Positions 9,574 through 19,440 of a stretch of 64,000 bases of DNA are shown here, one piece after another. Each line of letters opens with the position of its first letter. Position 1 is the first letter of the stretch. The notes below the pieces were generated by a model that saw only the letters and a list, made by a program, of their open reading frames with translations, was not told the DNA's origin and made no database searches. Origin of the DNA: an uncultured candidatus Brocadiaceae bacterium (GTDB taxonomy: Bacteria; Planctomycetota; UBA11346); contig CAZZAM010000008.1 in NCBI GenBank assembly GCA_964652775.1, positions 43,317-107,316 of the forward strand, in the 5' to 3' direction. The translations under genes were made by a program, and so were the position numbers.

Positions 9574-10308
9574 CTACGGCCTCGGCCCTTCCCGCCGTAC
9601 AACCCACGCCTCGGTGCCGTACCGTTCAGCGTGGATTCTTAGCGCAGTTGCCAATTCCGCCGATGTCCACAACCCGGATACCAACGGCAAACCAAGTGCG
9701 GTGCTGATTCCCTCGCAAATCGCCGCCGCGGCGTGGTCCCAACTCAGACCACATCCGCGCACCGCATCGCGATCCCAGGCATTGGTGTCGAGCTTGAGGC
9801 TGCCGTGGAGGATACATCGCTGGCCGCGTACGCGCGCTGCACTGCCCAGGGCTTTGCCGCCATCGGCGTGCACGACGTCGTCTGCAGCAGGACTCGCAAA
9901 ACAGCGCGGTTCGTCGGCATAGCGGCGGTCACCGACCGTATTGGTCTGCAACGACAGCACCGCACCGCGTTGGGCCAGGGAGTTCAATATTGCGCCGTGA
10001 ATCAGCGGATACAGATCACGAGCACGTTTCGGAAATCCGTGTTGATCCAAGACTCCCGCCAAACAGTAGGTCACCTCATGTTCATGCCAAATCGCACCGC
10101 CCCCGGTGATGCGGCGGACCACCGCCGTGCCATATGGCAGGGAGGCAACGATCCCAGCGTAGTCCTGGAAACATCCCAACGACACCGCTCGTGGATTCCA
10201 TCGGTACAGTCGCAGGCTTGGTTCCGTGGCCTCGACCAGCAGCGCCTCATCACGTGCCATTTGTTCAGCACCGTCAGCGGTTAGCTCAGGAAGCAGACGT
10301 ACGCTCAT
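9574..10308 (-). CDS. lipoate-protein ligase / octanoyltransferase family protein (BPL_LplA_LipB)
   Basis: LRLYRWNPRAVSLGCFQ, RRITGGGAIWHEHEVTY and GGKALGSA (the catalytic Lys region) match this family. Confidence 0.7.
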   Translation of the reverse strand: MSVRLLPELTADGAEQMARDEALLVEATEPSLRLYRWNPRAVSLGCFQDYAGIVASLPYGTAVVRRITGGGAIWHEHEVTYCLAGVLDQHGFPKRARDLYPLIHGAILNSLAQRGAVLSLQTNTVGDRRYADEPRCFASPAADDVVHADGGKALGSAARVRGQRCILHGSLKLDTNAWDRDAVRGCGLSWDHAAAAICEGISTALGLPLVSGLWTSAELATALRIHAERYGTEAWVVRREGPRP

Positions 10309-10359
10309 GACGAGCGCCTAGCTTCAGCAGCGATCCCACAGCACAATCCTACGCTGCCG

Positions 10360-11052
10360 TCAGTCGTGTGCAGGACTCGCCGGAGATGGTTCGACACCCT
10401 GGGTTGATTCAGGTTGCGCAACCGGCGTTGGCCTTGGTGGCTTCGCCGATTGCACGACCTCCAACCACAAACGACCGGCCAACTCGCTCGCACGCGCTCG
10501 CCAAACGCTGTCGAGCTGAACCACATCAATACCATGCAACACTTGGTTTGCCTCGCTAATCCGCTGCAGATGCATGAGTGCCTCTGCTTCCATTATCTGG
10601 GTCTCACCGCGCAAATCCGCCGGGTTGTTCAAGCGCACCCACTGCACGGTGGTCAGGATGTCATCCCATCGCCGCTCACCCGCCAGCAGCTGACAGCGTA
10701 TCCGATGAATATTCCCTGCCGCTAGAGGGCGTCTCGACAACTCGCGTCGCCACTGCTCAGCATCGAGGAGAATGGTCCCAGTGGGAACCCCTTCCTGGGC
10801 GCGTTGCGTATAGGTGGCCCGCTCGTCGCGGACGGCGGCGACCAGTTCGGTCATGTCGCGACTCAGGATCATCAGGAACCAACCGAGCGTAACCAGAAGC
10901 GCGAGCGCTATCGTGAGCAGCGCCAAGGTCATCGGCGATGGTCGCGCGATCGCTATCCGCTGCTTACCGGCAATAGCGACAGTCTCGTCGTGACGCGTCA
11001 GCGCCCCGGCCAATGAGGATACAGACGGCCTACGTGCCGAGTCCATAAACAC
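10360..11052 (-). CDS. hypothetical single-pass membrane protein
   Basis: 230-aa ORF with one hydrophobic helix (LALLTIALALLVTLGWFLMIL) and a Pro-rich C-terminus. No domain recognised and the start is uncertain. Confidence 0.4.
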   Translation of the reverse strand: MFMDSARRPSVSSLAGALTRHDETVAIAGKQRIAIARPSPMTLALLTIALALLVTLGWFLMILSRDMTELVAAVRDERATYTQRAQEGVPTGTILLDAEQWRRELSRRPLAAGNIHRIRCQLLAGERRWDDILTTVQWVRLNNPADLRGETQIMEAEALMHLQRISEANQVLHGIDVVQLDSVWRARASELAGRLWLEVVQSAKPPRPTPVAQPESTQGVEPSPASPAHD

Positions 11053-11262
11053 TCCGTGTCGTCAGGCGCTACACGCGCCTGGGTTGCCAGAAGGAAGCGC
11101 ATGGACTGTGCCAAGTAGGTCGGCGGACTCCAGAATACCGGCCTGCCAACGACACGCCCCTCCTACCTCCTGTTTCATTAGATGCAGATAGAGGATGACT
11201 GGATGTGTCCACATGTAAGGCTTCGCCATCGCTACCGGCCATGGTACTTGCAGGAGCCCGCC

Positions 11263-12099
11263 GTGCCACGATCAACTCCGCTCTTCCTCTCGCTCCTCGC
11301 TGGATCGCTCGCCGCCGAATGCTCGGACGCTGGGATTTGCCGACTGGCGCCGCGGGAACCGGTGGACTCCGAACATGCCTGGAGCCTGGGGGCGAGCTTG
11401 GGCATCGCCGCAGGAGCAGAAACTACCGATGTCGTCTATCAGACGCTGACACCTCGGGTGGGCTGGCGCTCGACCAGCGGATTGCGCCTATCAGCAGAAG
11501 TCCCACTGATCAGCCTGAGTGGGCCAGTCGGGGACGCGAGCGGGGTTGGAGATGCGCTGATCTGGGGTGAACAGGTCGTGGCGTCGGGGGACTGGGGCGA
11601 TCTTGGGGTGCAGCTTGGCGCGCGCCTGCCCACCGGAAACGACAATGCACGTCCCGGTTTACCCCAGGCGTATCAACTCGGCCTTGGACCAGCCGACATG
11701 CTCGCCGGCATTGGTTGGTGGCGTGATGGCTACAGCGCTGGAGTTGCCTATGCCCTCGCTGGTGGTGCCAATAATCTGGCTGGGACCAATCTGGAACGCG
11801 GCGACGATCTGGTCCTCCGCGCTGGCTACAGCCACTCCATCGCTGCCTATACCGCTGGTCTCCAGGTCGTGGTGGTGTCTCGACTGGCCGAGTCGAGTGT
11901 ACAGACGCCAACCGGCCGAGCCACGGTGAGTAAAAGTGACGGAGTGCAGCTTAACCTGCGACCCTCATTGGCTTGGCAGGCTGCTCCCGCCTGGCGCGTC
12001 GACTTGGCGCTGGCACTACCGATGTTGAAGCGTGACAACGATGTTGACGGCCTGACTCGACGTTTCGCTGGTGACCTTGGTCTGACTGTCGGGTTCTAA
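11263..12099 (+). CDS. putative outer-membrane beta-barrel protein (transporter-like)
   Basis: A GTG start at 11263 gives a signal-like N-terminus (PRSTPLFLSLLAGSLAA). The body has alternating beta-strand-like segments and ends LGLTVGF with an aromatic C-terminal residue. The family assignment is weak. Confidence 0.45.
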   Translation: MPRSTPLFLSLLAGSLAAECSDAGICRLAPREPVDSEHAWSLGASLGIAAGAETTDVVYQTLTPRVGWRSTSGLRLSAEVPLISLSGPVGDASGVGDALIWGEQVVASGDWGDLGVQLGARLPTGNDNARPGLPQAYQLGLGPADMLAGIGWWRDGYSAGVAYALAGGANNLAGTNLERGDDLVLRAGYSHSIAAYTAGLQVVVVSRLAESSVQTPTGRATVSKSDGVQLNLRPSLAWQAAPAWRVDLALALPMLKRDNDVDGLTRRFAGDLGLTVGF

Positions 12100-12133
12100 G
12101 CCACGAGAAAGTCGATGACCATGTACAAACACG

Positions 12134-13216
12134 CTACGAAATGCCGCCATCGCTGATCGTGATGCCGCGCAGCATCATGCGCAGCTCTTCGGCGTTGGGC
12201 GCAGCGGCCAGAGCGACGTCGGTGGAGATGTGTCCGGCCTTATGCAGCCGATGCAATGCCTGATTGTAGCTTTCGCAGCCATTCTCGCGGTCCTTGGTCA
12301 GGGCGTCGGCGATGCGGGCGAACTCACCGTCCATGATCAGTTTCTTGATCAGCGGTGCGATGAACATCGTCTCAACACAGGGCCACATCTCGCCCTTGGT
12401 CATTCCAGGCAACAACTTCTGGTTGAGGATGCAGCGGAGATTGAACGCGAGACTAGTGCGGATCTGCGCGTGCTTGGAGGACGGAAACAAATCCATGATG
12501 CGGCCCATGGTCTGCGGCGCGCCCGACGAGTGTACTGAGCCGAATACGAGGTGCCCGGTCTCGGCTGCGGTCAACGCGGTCTCGAAGGTTTCGGCATCGC
12601 GCATTTCGCCAAGCAGGATGACGTCGGGATCTTCGCGCACGCACGAGCGCAACGCATCGTCAAATGAAGCGACGTCAGTGAATACTTCACGCTGATTGAT
12701 CACCGCCTTGTCGTCGGTGAAGACGTATTCAACCGGGTCCTCGATAGTCAGAATGTGGCAGCGCCGACGATGGTTGATGTCGTCGAGGATCGAAGCGATG
12801 GTGGTCGATTTGCCCGACCCGGTGATGCCGCCGATCAGAACCAGTCCTTGTTCGAACTCGGCGCACTTGCGGATCTGCGGCGGAAGATGCAGCTCCTCGT
12901 AAGTTGGAATATTAGGTTTCACCCGGCGAATCGCCGCTGAGATGCGGCCAAGCGTTTTGAAAACGTTGCAGCGGAAGCGGCCAAGGCCTTCGACGGCATG
13001 CGAGAAGTCTGCATAACCGCGTACCTTCAACTCGCCGTTGAGCCGCTCGTCGAGGATGGGATTGAGGATGTCAGCGAGGTCAGCAACGGTCAGTGCCGCA
13101 CTCTTCAGGCGCACCAAGTCACCGCCAACCCGGAACACCGGCGGCTCGCCGACGCGCAGATGCAGATCGCTGGCGTTATGCTTACCCATGGCCGAGAGAA
13201 GATCACTGAGGTTCAT
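12134..13216 (-). CDS. pilT: type IV pilus twitching-motility ATPase PilT
   Basis: 360 aa with ASDLHL, Walker A GITGSGKSTT, the Asp/His boxes (ILLGEMRD, TGHLVFGSVH) and a typical PilT length. Confidence 0.9.
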   Translation of the reverse strand: MNLSDLLSAMGKHNASDLHLRVGEPPVFRVGGDLVRLKSAALTVADLADILNPILDERLNGELKVRGYADFSHAVEGLGRFRCNVFKTLGRISAAIRRVKPNIPTYEELHLPPQIRKCAEFEQGLVLIGGITGSGKSTTIASILDDINHRRRCHILTIEDPVEYVFTDDKAVINQREVFTDVASFDDALRSCVREDPDVILLGEMRDAETFETALTAAETGHLVFGSVHSSGAPQTMGRIMDLFPSSKHAQIRTSLAFNLRCILNQKLLPGMTKGEMWPCVETMFIAPLIKKLIMDGEFARIADALTKDRENGCESYNQALHRLHKAGHISTDVALAAAPNAEELRMMLRGITISDGGIS

Positions 13217-13329
13217 GCCAGCGCAGCCTAGTCGGTGGCAGACCTTGGGTAGTCCCCCTCCAACAGCCCCACCTGACGTGCATCACCTTCCACTCCGCGC
13301 ACAAGGTCGTTCAACCAATCCGAGCGGGG

Positions 13330-13430
13330 TTGTCCACAGATTTCGCAGATTATGCAGATTTTGCAGGCGCATGGTGGCCCCGAACATGTACTTCGCAATC
13401 TGTGCAATCTGCGAAATCTGTGGATAACAA
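13330..13430. repeat. heptamer-arm hairpin (family B, CGCAGAT words, TTATCC terminus)
   Basis: Left arm TTGTCCACAGATTTCGCAGATTATGCAGATTTTGCAG (13330-13366) pairs with right arm CGCAATCTGTGCAATCTGCGAAATCTGTGGATAACAA (13394-13430). It lies between divergent pilT and the dehydrogenase gene. Confidence 0.85.
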
Positions 13431-13537
13431 TCTCGAAATCCCACTCATCTGCGGACCCTGATAACGAACTGAATACTATTAACGCCGCGCAGCGACGGTG
13501 CCCTTGGCACACCTCGCGACAGTCCATAGTCGTACCC

Positions 13538-14575
13538 ATGAGCACCACCCTGAAGCTCCTCCACCTGTCGAAACGCAATCTCTGGCCAGCCCTGTGGTCC
13601 AACACGTTTCGTCGCGCGCTCGCGCCGTTTGGCGAGGTGACCATCCTTTCGGATGCGAGCGCCATGCCGATAGCGGAGCAGCTTGAACGCATCCGTAGCT
13701 GCGATGTCTTGCTGACCGGCTGGGGCACCACGCCCATTCCACGTGAGATCGCCAGCGATCCCGGCCGCCTGCGCTATGTCTGCAACATCACCGGTGGGCT
13801 GAAGGGCTGGGTGCCGATTGAGCTCATCCAAGCCAATATTCCGGTGACCAACTGGGGCGATGCGCCAGCGTTTCACGTTGCCGAAGGATCGCTCACACTG
13901 CTTCTCGCCTGCTTGAAAAATCTCGGTGGTCATATGGCTGAAAAACGTACCGGCGGCTGGAGCAACACCTGGACCGGACCAGCCGTCCAGTGCGGCTCAT
14001 TACGTGGGCTGCGTGTTGGACTCTATGGCCTCGGCGTCATCGGACGCAAATTCGCCGAACAACTGCTGCCGTTTGGTGCAGTGGTTTCAGCCTTCGATCC
14101 CTATGCGAAGGATTGGCCACCCTCTATACGTAAGGTGGACACACTGCAGGAGCTCTTTGCGACCGCCGAGGCGATCTCGCTACATGCCGGTGTGAACGAT
14201 AGCACCACCCACAGCGTCACCGCAGATCTCCTGCGCCAGCTGCCAGACCATGGCATTGTGATCAACACGGCGCGTGGCGTGATCATTGATCAGCCCGCGC
14301 TCTTCGCTGAGCTAGCAAGCGGACGACTGCGGGCTGGGCTTGATGTGTTGGACGATGGCGACTCGCTGCCGCCCGAGCATCCAGCGCGGCAGTGGCCCAA
14401 TCTCATCCTCACCAGTCACGCTGTCGGCGGCTCGTCCTGGCCGATTCATCCAGAAAACCCGGAGAGTCCGCTGCAAATTCACCATGAGATCTGCATCGAT
14501 AACCTGGGTCGCTTCGCACGCGGCGAACCACCACGCTTCAGGATCAGTGCCGAACAATATCAGTTGATGACGTGA
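13538..14575 (+). CDS. D-isomer-specific 2-hydroxyacid dehydrogenase family protein
   Basis: NAD-binding GLYGLGVIGRKF, NTARGVIIDQPAL and LTSHAVGG (catalytic His). The start is set at the MSTTLKLL Met; the upstream extension in the track reads through repeat B1. Confidence 0.8.
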   Translation: MSTTLKLLHLSKRNLWPALWSNTFRRALAPFGEVTILSDASAMPIAEQLERIRSCDVLLTGWGTTPIPREIASDPGRLRYVCNITGGLKGWVPIELIQANIPVTNWGDAPAFHVAEGSLTLLLACLKNLGGHMAEKRTGGWSNTWTGPAVQCGSLRGLRVGLYGLGVIGRKFAEQLLPFGAVVSAFDPYAKDWPPSIRKVDTLQELFATAEAISLHAGVNDSTTHSVTADLLRQLPDHGIVINTARGVIIDQPALFAELASGRLRAGLDVLDDGDSLPPEHPARQWPNLILTSHAVGGSSWPIHPENPESPLQIHHEICIDNLGRFARGEPPRFRISAEQYQLMT

Positions 14576-14588
14576 ACCGACCTTGGCC

Positions 14589-14621
14589 CGCAGTCCGGAA
14601 ATCCGGACTACTGCATTCAGG
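14589..14621. repeat. short hairpin (family J, copy 1)
   Basis: CGCAGTCCGGAAATCCGGACTACTGCATTCAGG contains the stem GCAGTCCGGA/TCCGGACT(A)CTGC. It overlaps the galK stop codon and shares TCCGGACT..GC..ATTCAGG with 28095-28120. Confidence 0.5.
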
Positions 14622-15792
14622 GTAACACCAACGGCAACGAACCGGCCCCGGCAGCAGCGCGGGTGACGTACACTTTCGGCGACATGCTTGGGAACTTGGC
14701 GCGATACTGTTTTTCAAGTTCGGCAACAAACGCAGGAACGTGTTCGTCTCGCACCAAGCTGACGGAACAACCCCCGAAACCGGCGCCGGTCATGCGACTG
14801 CCCAGACAACCGGGCAGCGAACGTGCGATCGTCACCATCGCATCCAACTCAGCGCAACTGACTTCGAACTTGTCGCGCAGATCGGCGTGGCTCTGGTCCA
14901 TCAGTTCGCCCAGGGCTACGGCGTCACCGGCACGCAAGCACGCATAGGCGGCGCGAGTGCGACCATTTTCAGCGACAACATGTTCACAGCGGCGCTTGGT
15001 GGTAGCGTCCAGACGACCGCTCTGAGTCGCCTGCGCCAAGCCATGCATCGTGACATCGCGCAGATGACTCACGCCGAGTGCACGCGCGCCCGCTTCGCAT
15101 TGAGAGCGGCGTTCGTTGTAGGCGCTGTCCACCAAACCACGGCGTTTTCCGGTGTCGGCGATGACGATATTCACGCCGATCGGCAACGGAGCTGGGGTCA
15201 ACTGCATCGTCCGACAATCCATCAGCATCGCTTGGCCGACCGTTGCACACGAACTGGATAGCGGATCGAGGATACCGCACTTGGTTCCCACGTAGGTATT
15301 CTCGGCTCGCTGCGCCAGGGTAGCGATTTCGGCACCCGGCCGAACGACGCCGGCAACCGCGAGAAACGCATGTATGGACGCGACCTCCAACGCTGCCGAA
15401 CTAGACAGTCCCGACGCCAGCGGCACATCGCCGGTGATAGCCAGATCACAGCCGGTCAACGCGATACCGACTTCTTGTAACACCTGCGCGCAACCACTGA
15501 CGTAATCAACCCATCGCGTCACATCGGTCGTCGCGTGCGCGATCGGCGGCGCGAGTGCGAATTCGACGATGCCGGTTTGTTCCAACGAGGTGACGCGAAC
15601 ACGGCGATCAGCGCGCCGCCGCCAAGCGATGCGCACATCGCGTTCGATCGCCATCGGCAAACAAAAACCGTCGTTATAGTCGGTGTGTTCGCCGATGAGG
15701 TTCACCCGTCCAGGCGCGCGCACCGCACCAGTAGGCGCGGTGCCATAGGCGGTAGTGAACGCAGTGACCAGTGATGCTGTGCGATTACTCAT
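14617..15792 (-). CDS. galK: galactokinase
   Basis: GRVNLIGEHTDYNDGFCLPMAI signature, the GHMP kinase motif (PLASGLSSSAALEV) and C-terminal GAGFGGC. The start is set at the MSNRTASL Met. Confidence 0.9.
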   Translation of the reverse strand: MSNRTASLVTAFTTAYGTAPTGAVRAPGRVNLIGEHTDYNDGFCLPMAIERDVRIAWRRRADRRVRVTSLEQTGIVEFALAPPIAHATTDVTRWVDYVSGCAQVLQEVGIALTGCDLAITGDVPLASGLSSSAALEVASIHAFLAVAGVVRPGAEIATLAQRAENTYVGTKCGILDPLSSSCATVGQAMLMDCRTMQLTPAPLPIGVNIVIADTGKRRGLVDSAYNERRSQCEAGARALGVSHLRDVTMHGLAQATQSGRLDATTKRRCEHVVAENGRTRAAYACLRAGDAVALGELMDQSHADLRDKFEVSCAELDAMVTIARSLPGCLGSRMTGAGFGGCSVSLVRDEHVPAFVAELEKQYRAKFPSMSPKVYVTRAAAGAGSLPLVLP

Positions 15793-15944
15793 AAGGGCGC
15801 GGCGCAGCGTGGTACTTGCACAAGCGATGGAAGCGGGTTTCAGCTTTCCTGAGAGCGCCGCACTCCCATGCGGCGCGAATCGTGAATACACCAGCAACTA
15901 TACCCATTGCCCCTGGCCGCACAGGGGTGCGGCGCTCCCAGAGT

Positions 15945-17108
15945 TCAGCTCCCGATGCCGAACGCGCGCAGCAGACGACGCTTGAAACCGATCTGGATTG
16001 GGGCAGGTGGCATGGCTCGCGAACGACGACCGCTCGCGTCGTGGTCACGCGCCACTTCGCGACCCAGCCAGGTGCGCAGGTCGGTGACGAACTCAGCAAT
16101 CGTGCCGCGTTCTTCTGGCAAAAACGCCATCGCCCGTTCACTTGCTCGGACTAATCGTGCTGGGGCGGAGGGCGCTTCCTTCGCCAACGGCGGATAGAGA
16201 TTTCCCGCTGCGAGCAGCAACGCCTCCATGCGATCCTGATGATCGAATGGCATGTGTCCCGCGAGGACGTGATAGAGCATGCCGCCGAGCATATGCAGAT
16301 CGGTGTGCGCGCCGACTTCTTCACGTTCTCCGCGTGCGATCTCCGGTGGCACGCAGCCCGGGGTCCCGGCGCACACTGATGGGCAGTGATCAAGGCGCGG
16401 CGCATGCCATTCACCATCAGGACCGGGTGCGAATGACAGGGCAAGCCCCCAGTCCACTACCAACACTTCACCAAATTCACCGACCATCACGTTCTCGGCT
16501 TTGATGTCGCGATGCATGATGCCGCGACTGTGTGCAAACGCGATTGCATCACAGGCTCGTACAATGGCCTCAATTAGGCGCGGTAATTCTTTATCCGAGG
16601 TCCGCTCATTGATGAGTGCCGCCAAACTGCTGCCGCGAACTCGACGCATGACCAGACAGTTATCTGCCGCATCATAGACCGGAACAATATTCGGATGTTC
16701 CAGATACGCCGTGACCAAAGCCTCGGCCCGAAACAGCAGTCGTCGCGTTGGACTGTCATCCTTGCGCTGCACCTTCACCGCGACGTCGCGCGCGAGCGCA
16801 TGCTGGCGCGCCAGCACCACCGTCGCCATACCACCGCCATCAAGCCGTTCATGAACACGGTAGCGACGATTGAATTCGGTAAACGTACTTGTGTCGATCA
16901 CCATTTCAGAAACTGGTAGCGGGGTCCGGCTGCCGCGCCCAGTTGGCTTGGCGAATCCAACCTCAATCGCCTCGACATGATCGGCGGACAACTCAACCGG
17001 CATCATCGTCTCGGTCGCCGTGCGGTCATCAGCCGCAGCGATCACGCTGTCCCACATGCGACTACGCTCGGTATTGGTTGAGCGACGACGATCGCGTACC
17101 GGGGTCAT
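15945..17108 (-). CDS. serine/threonine protein kinase
   Basis: Hanks-type motifs: GGGMATV...VAVKV, HRDIKAENVMV, VVDWGLA and GTPGCVPPE. The start is probably the MTPVRD Met at 17108, because the track start overlaps the upstream gene. Confidence 0.8.
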   Translation of the reverse strand: MTPVRDRRRSTNTERSRMWDSVIAAADDRTATETMMPVELSADHVEAIEVGFAKPTGRGSRTPLPVSEMVIDTSTFTEFNRRYRVHERLDGGGMATVVLARQHALARDVAVKVQRKDDSPTRRLLFRAEALVTAYLEHPNIVPVYDAADNCLVMRRVRGSSLAALINERTSDKELPRLIEAIVRACDAIAFAHSRGIMHRDIKAENVMVGEFGEVLVVDWGLALSFAPGPDGEWHAPRLDHCPSVCAGTPGCVPPEIARGEREEVGAHTDLHMLGGMLYHVLAGHMPFDHQDRMEALLLAAGNLYPPLAKEAPSAPARLVRASERAMAFLPEERGTIAEFVTDLRTWLGREVARDHDASGRRSRAMPPAPIQIGFKRRLLRAFGIGS

Positions 17109-17176
17109 GGGCGGCACTCTAGCCAGGCCGGAGGCCAACTGGTAGTCCTGAAATCTTAGTGCTGTTACACCGCGCT

Positions 17177-18184
17177 TTAGAGCGGAGGAACACACGGCCC
17201 GGTGATCGTGTCGATCGCTGCCAGCTCACTGGCACTAAAAGCCAGGTTTTTCAAGCAACCAAGGTTATCGTCGAGTTGTTCGACCTTGCTGGCTCCGATC
17301 AGCACCGAGGTCACGCGTTGATCCTTGAGCAGCCACGACAACGCCATTTGCGACAGCGTCTGACCGCGAGCACGAGCGATGTCACGCAGTGCTCGGGCCT
17401 GAGCGAGGTATGCCGGGGTCAGCCAGTTAGACTTGAAGCGTTCGCCCATGGCACCGGTCGACGCCGCGCGACTGTCGGACGGAATTGCGCCATCAAGATA
17501 GCGATCACTGAGCAACCCTTGGCAGAGCGGCGAGTAGACAATCACGCCAACGCCATTCGTCTCCGCCGTGGGCAGCAATACTTTCTCGGATTGGCGGAAA
17601 AAGATATTGTAGCGCGGCTGACTGATCGTGATCGGCGCCCAGCCACGACGATCGACAACACCTAGGCAACGCGTGAATACCGGATCGTTGTAGTTGCTGA
17701 TGCCCGCGTACAGCGCCTTGCCCTGACGGACGAGTTGATCAAGCGCACCCAGCGTTTCTTCAATCGGCGTGTCGGGATCGGGACGATGCGAATAAAAAAT
17801 ATCCACGTGATCAACACCGAGCCGCTTGAGCGACTGTTCGCAACTTTCGATGATGTATTTCCGGCTGCCCCAATCGCCGTACGGCCCCGGCCACATGCGC
17901 CAACCAGCCTTCGAGCTGATGACCAGTTCCTCACGTGGCATCTCTTTCAATATCTTACCAAACAGCGATTCGCTGGCCCCAGCAGGTGTGCCGTAGTTGT
18001 TGGCGAAATCGAAGTGCGTGATACCGCGATCAAAGGCGCGGAAATAAATCCGCTTGGCAGTGTCGTCAGCGGTGTAACTGCCGATCGCCTGCCAGCCACC
18101 GAGCGAAACCGCCGGCAGCATCAGTCCGCTGCGGCCGCAGCGGCGATAGGTCATGTGATCGTAGCGGTCGGTGGCGAAGGGCAT
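17177..18184 (-). CDS. aldo/keto reductase (YghZ/Mgr-like)
   Basis: MTYRRCGRSGLMLPAVSLGGW, FDFANNYG, the HRPD region and ISNY are typical of the AKR14/YghZ group. The start is set at MPFATDRY. Confidence 0.85.
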   Translation of the reverse strand: MPFATDRYDHMTYRRCGRSGLMLPAVSLGGWQAIGSYTADDTAKRIYFRAFDRGITHFDFANNYGTPAGASESLFGKILKEMPREELVISSKAGWRMWPGPYGDWGSRKYIIESCEQSLKRLGVDHVDIFYSHRPDPDTPIEETLGALDQLVRQGKALYAGISNYNDPVFTRCLGVVDRRGWAPITISQPRYNIFFRQSEKVLLPTAETNGVGVIVYSPLCQGLLSDRYLDGAIPSDSRAASTGAMGERFKSNWLTPAYLAQARALRDIARARGQTLSQMALSWLLKDQRVTSVLIGASKVEQLDDNLGCLKNLAFSASELAAIDTITGPCVPPL

Positions 18185-18264
18185 GCGCCGGAGGGTAGTG
18201 AGCGACCCGGTCGTGACCATACCCCTCTTCCTTGCATCGATACACACAGCTATCAGCATTCCGC

Positions 18265-19149
18265 ATGCGCACCGCCATCCTCCTTGCTCTGGCTGCGATG
18301 GTCGTCGCCGGGGACGTCGCTCCCGCTGACCTGCCCAAGCTGACGCTGAAGCCCAAACAATTTTCCGTCACCAAACAAGTGAACTTTGATGATGCGGGCA
18401 AGCCGACCAGCGAACAACGCTGTCAACTGGAGATCAGCTTCACATCTGATCGCAAGTTGCTTGAGTCCGAGAGGATGTCGATGCTCTCGAGTCGCGAAGA
18501 GGTCGTCCACCTTGATGAGGCCGTCACCGACAGCGGTGAATCGCTCCTTGGTGACAAGGCGAGCGGACATCTGTGGAATCAAGGATTTCGCGGCAAGTCG
18601 TCGTGGAGTCTTTCATTAACCCTGAAGTCCCCAACGAAGCCGTGCCTGACTCTCACAAAACTCTCCGGCACCCTCCAACTGCAGGTCGCTGATGGGGAAC
18701 CACTCAAAATCAGCCTGAATCCATTAAGCCAATTTCTCGGCAAGCCGGTTGCACTCCAAGGCCTGCCCGGAGTTGAAATCACCATCGAACGTACTGCCAA
18801 ACAACTGGTCATCGAGGGGCCAAACGCCGCCTTCACTGGTGAAATCACCTTTACCAACGCCGATGGGTCGGCAGTCGAGAACAACAGCACAAGCAGCAAC
18901 GGTAACGGCAAGCGAACAACAGCGACCTATCACACAAACGTACCGACGGACGGCGCCGTCATCTTCACCATGCAGCAGAACATCCGGAAGGTGCAGGTGC
19001 CGTTCACGCTTATCGATCTACCACTGACCGGCCCCGAAGCTGCCCCAGAACCAAAAATGCCGCGTAAGTTCAAGCGAATCCCCGGCCCGCTTCCGCCTGA
19101 AACGCCAGTCGAAACGCCGACCACGCCACCGAAGAAGACGGATTTCTGA
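18265..19149 (+). CDS. hypothetical secreted protein
   Basis: Signal-peptide-like MRTAILLALAAMVVAG, a beta-rich body and a Pro/Thr-rich C-terminus. No domain recognised. Confidence 0.5.
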   Translation: MRTAILLALAAMVVAGDVAPADLPKLTLKPKQFSVTKQVNFDDAGKPTSEQRCQLEISFTSDRKLLESERMSMLSSREEVVHLDEAVTDSGESLLGDKASGHLWNQGFRGKSSWSLSLTLKSPTKPCLTLTKLSGTLQLQVADGEPLKISLNPLSQFLGKPVALQGLPGVEITIERTAKQLVIEGPNAAFTGEITFTNADGSAVENNSTSSNGNGKRTTATYHTNVPTDGAVIFTMQQNIRKVQVPFTLIDLPLTGPEAAPEPKMPRKFKRIPGPLPPETPVETPTTPPKKTDF

Positions 19150-19201
19150 ACGCGTTGAGTCAGGATACTACTGCGGGATATCCGCAGAGACCCTCCCGCA
19201 T

Positions 19202-19382
19202 GGATATCCGCAGATTGCGCAGATGGCGCAGATTTCGATTTCAATTCTGAGTGGCTTGTGAAGCAGCCCTAGCCTCAATGGTATGTGACGGAGCCCTTCA
19301 TAAATTACGATGCCTACACAGGCACTAGGCGGTCAAGATCACGAGCTTCGAAATCTGCGCCATCTGCGAAATCTGTGGATAA
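19202..19382. repeat. heptamer-arm hairpin (family B)
   Basis: Left arm GGATATCCGCAGATTGCGCAGATGGCGCAGATTTCGA (19202-19238) pairs with right arm TCGAAATCTGCGCCATCTGCGAAATCTGTGGATAA (19348-19382), with 20 nt perfectly complementary at the inner ends. The spacer is ~109 nt. It lies between convergent genes. Confidence 0.9.
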
Positions 19383-19440
19383 AAACTCGAAAGATTGCTC
19401 ATCTCCAGATATTCCGACTGTTAACTAAACACCATTGGCC

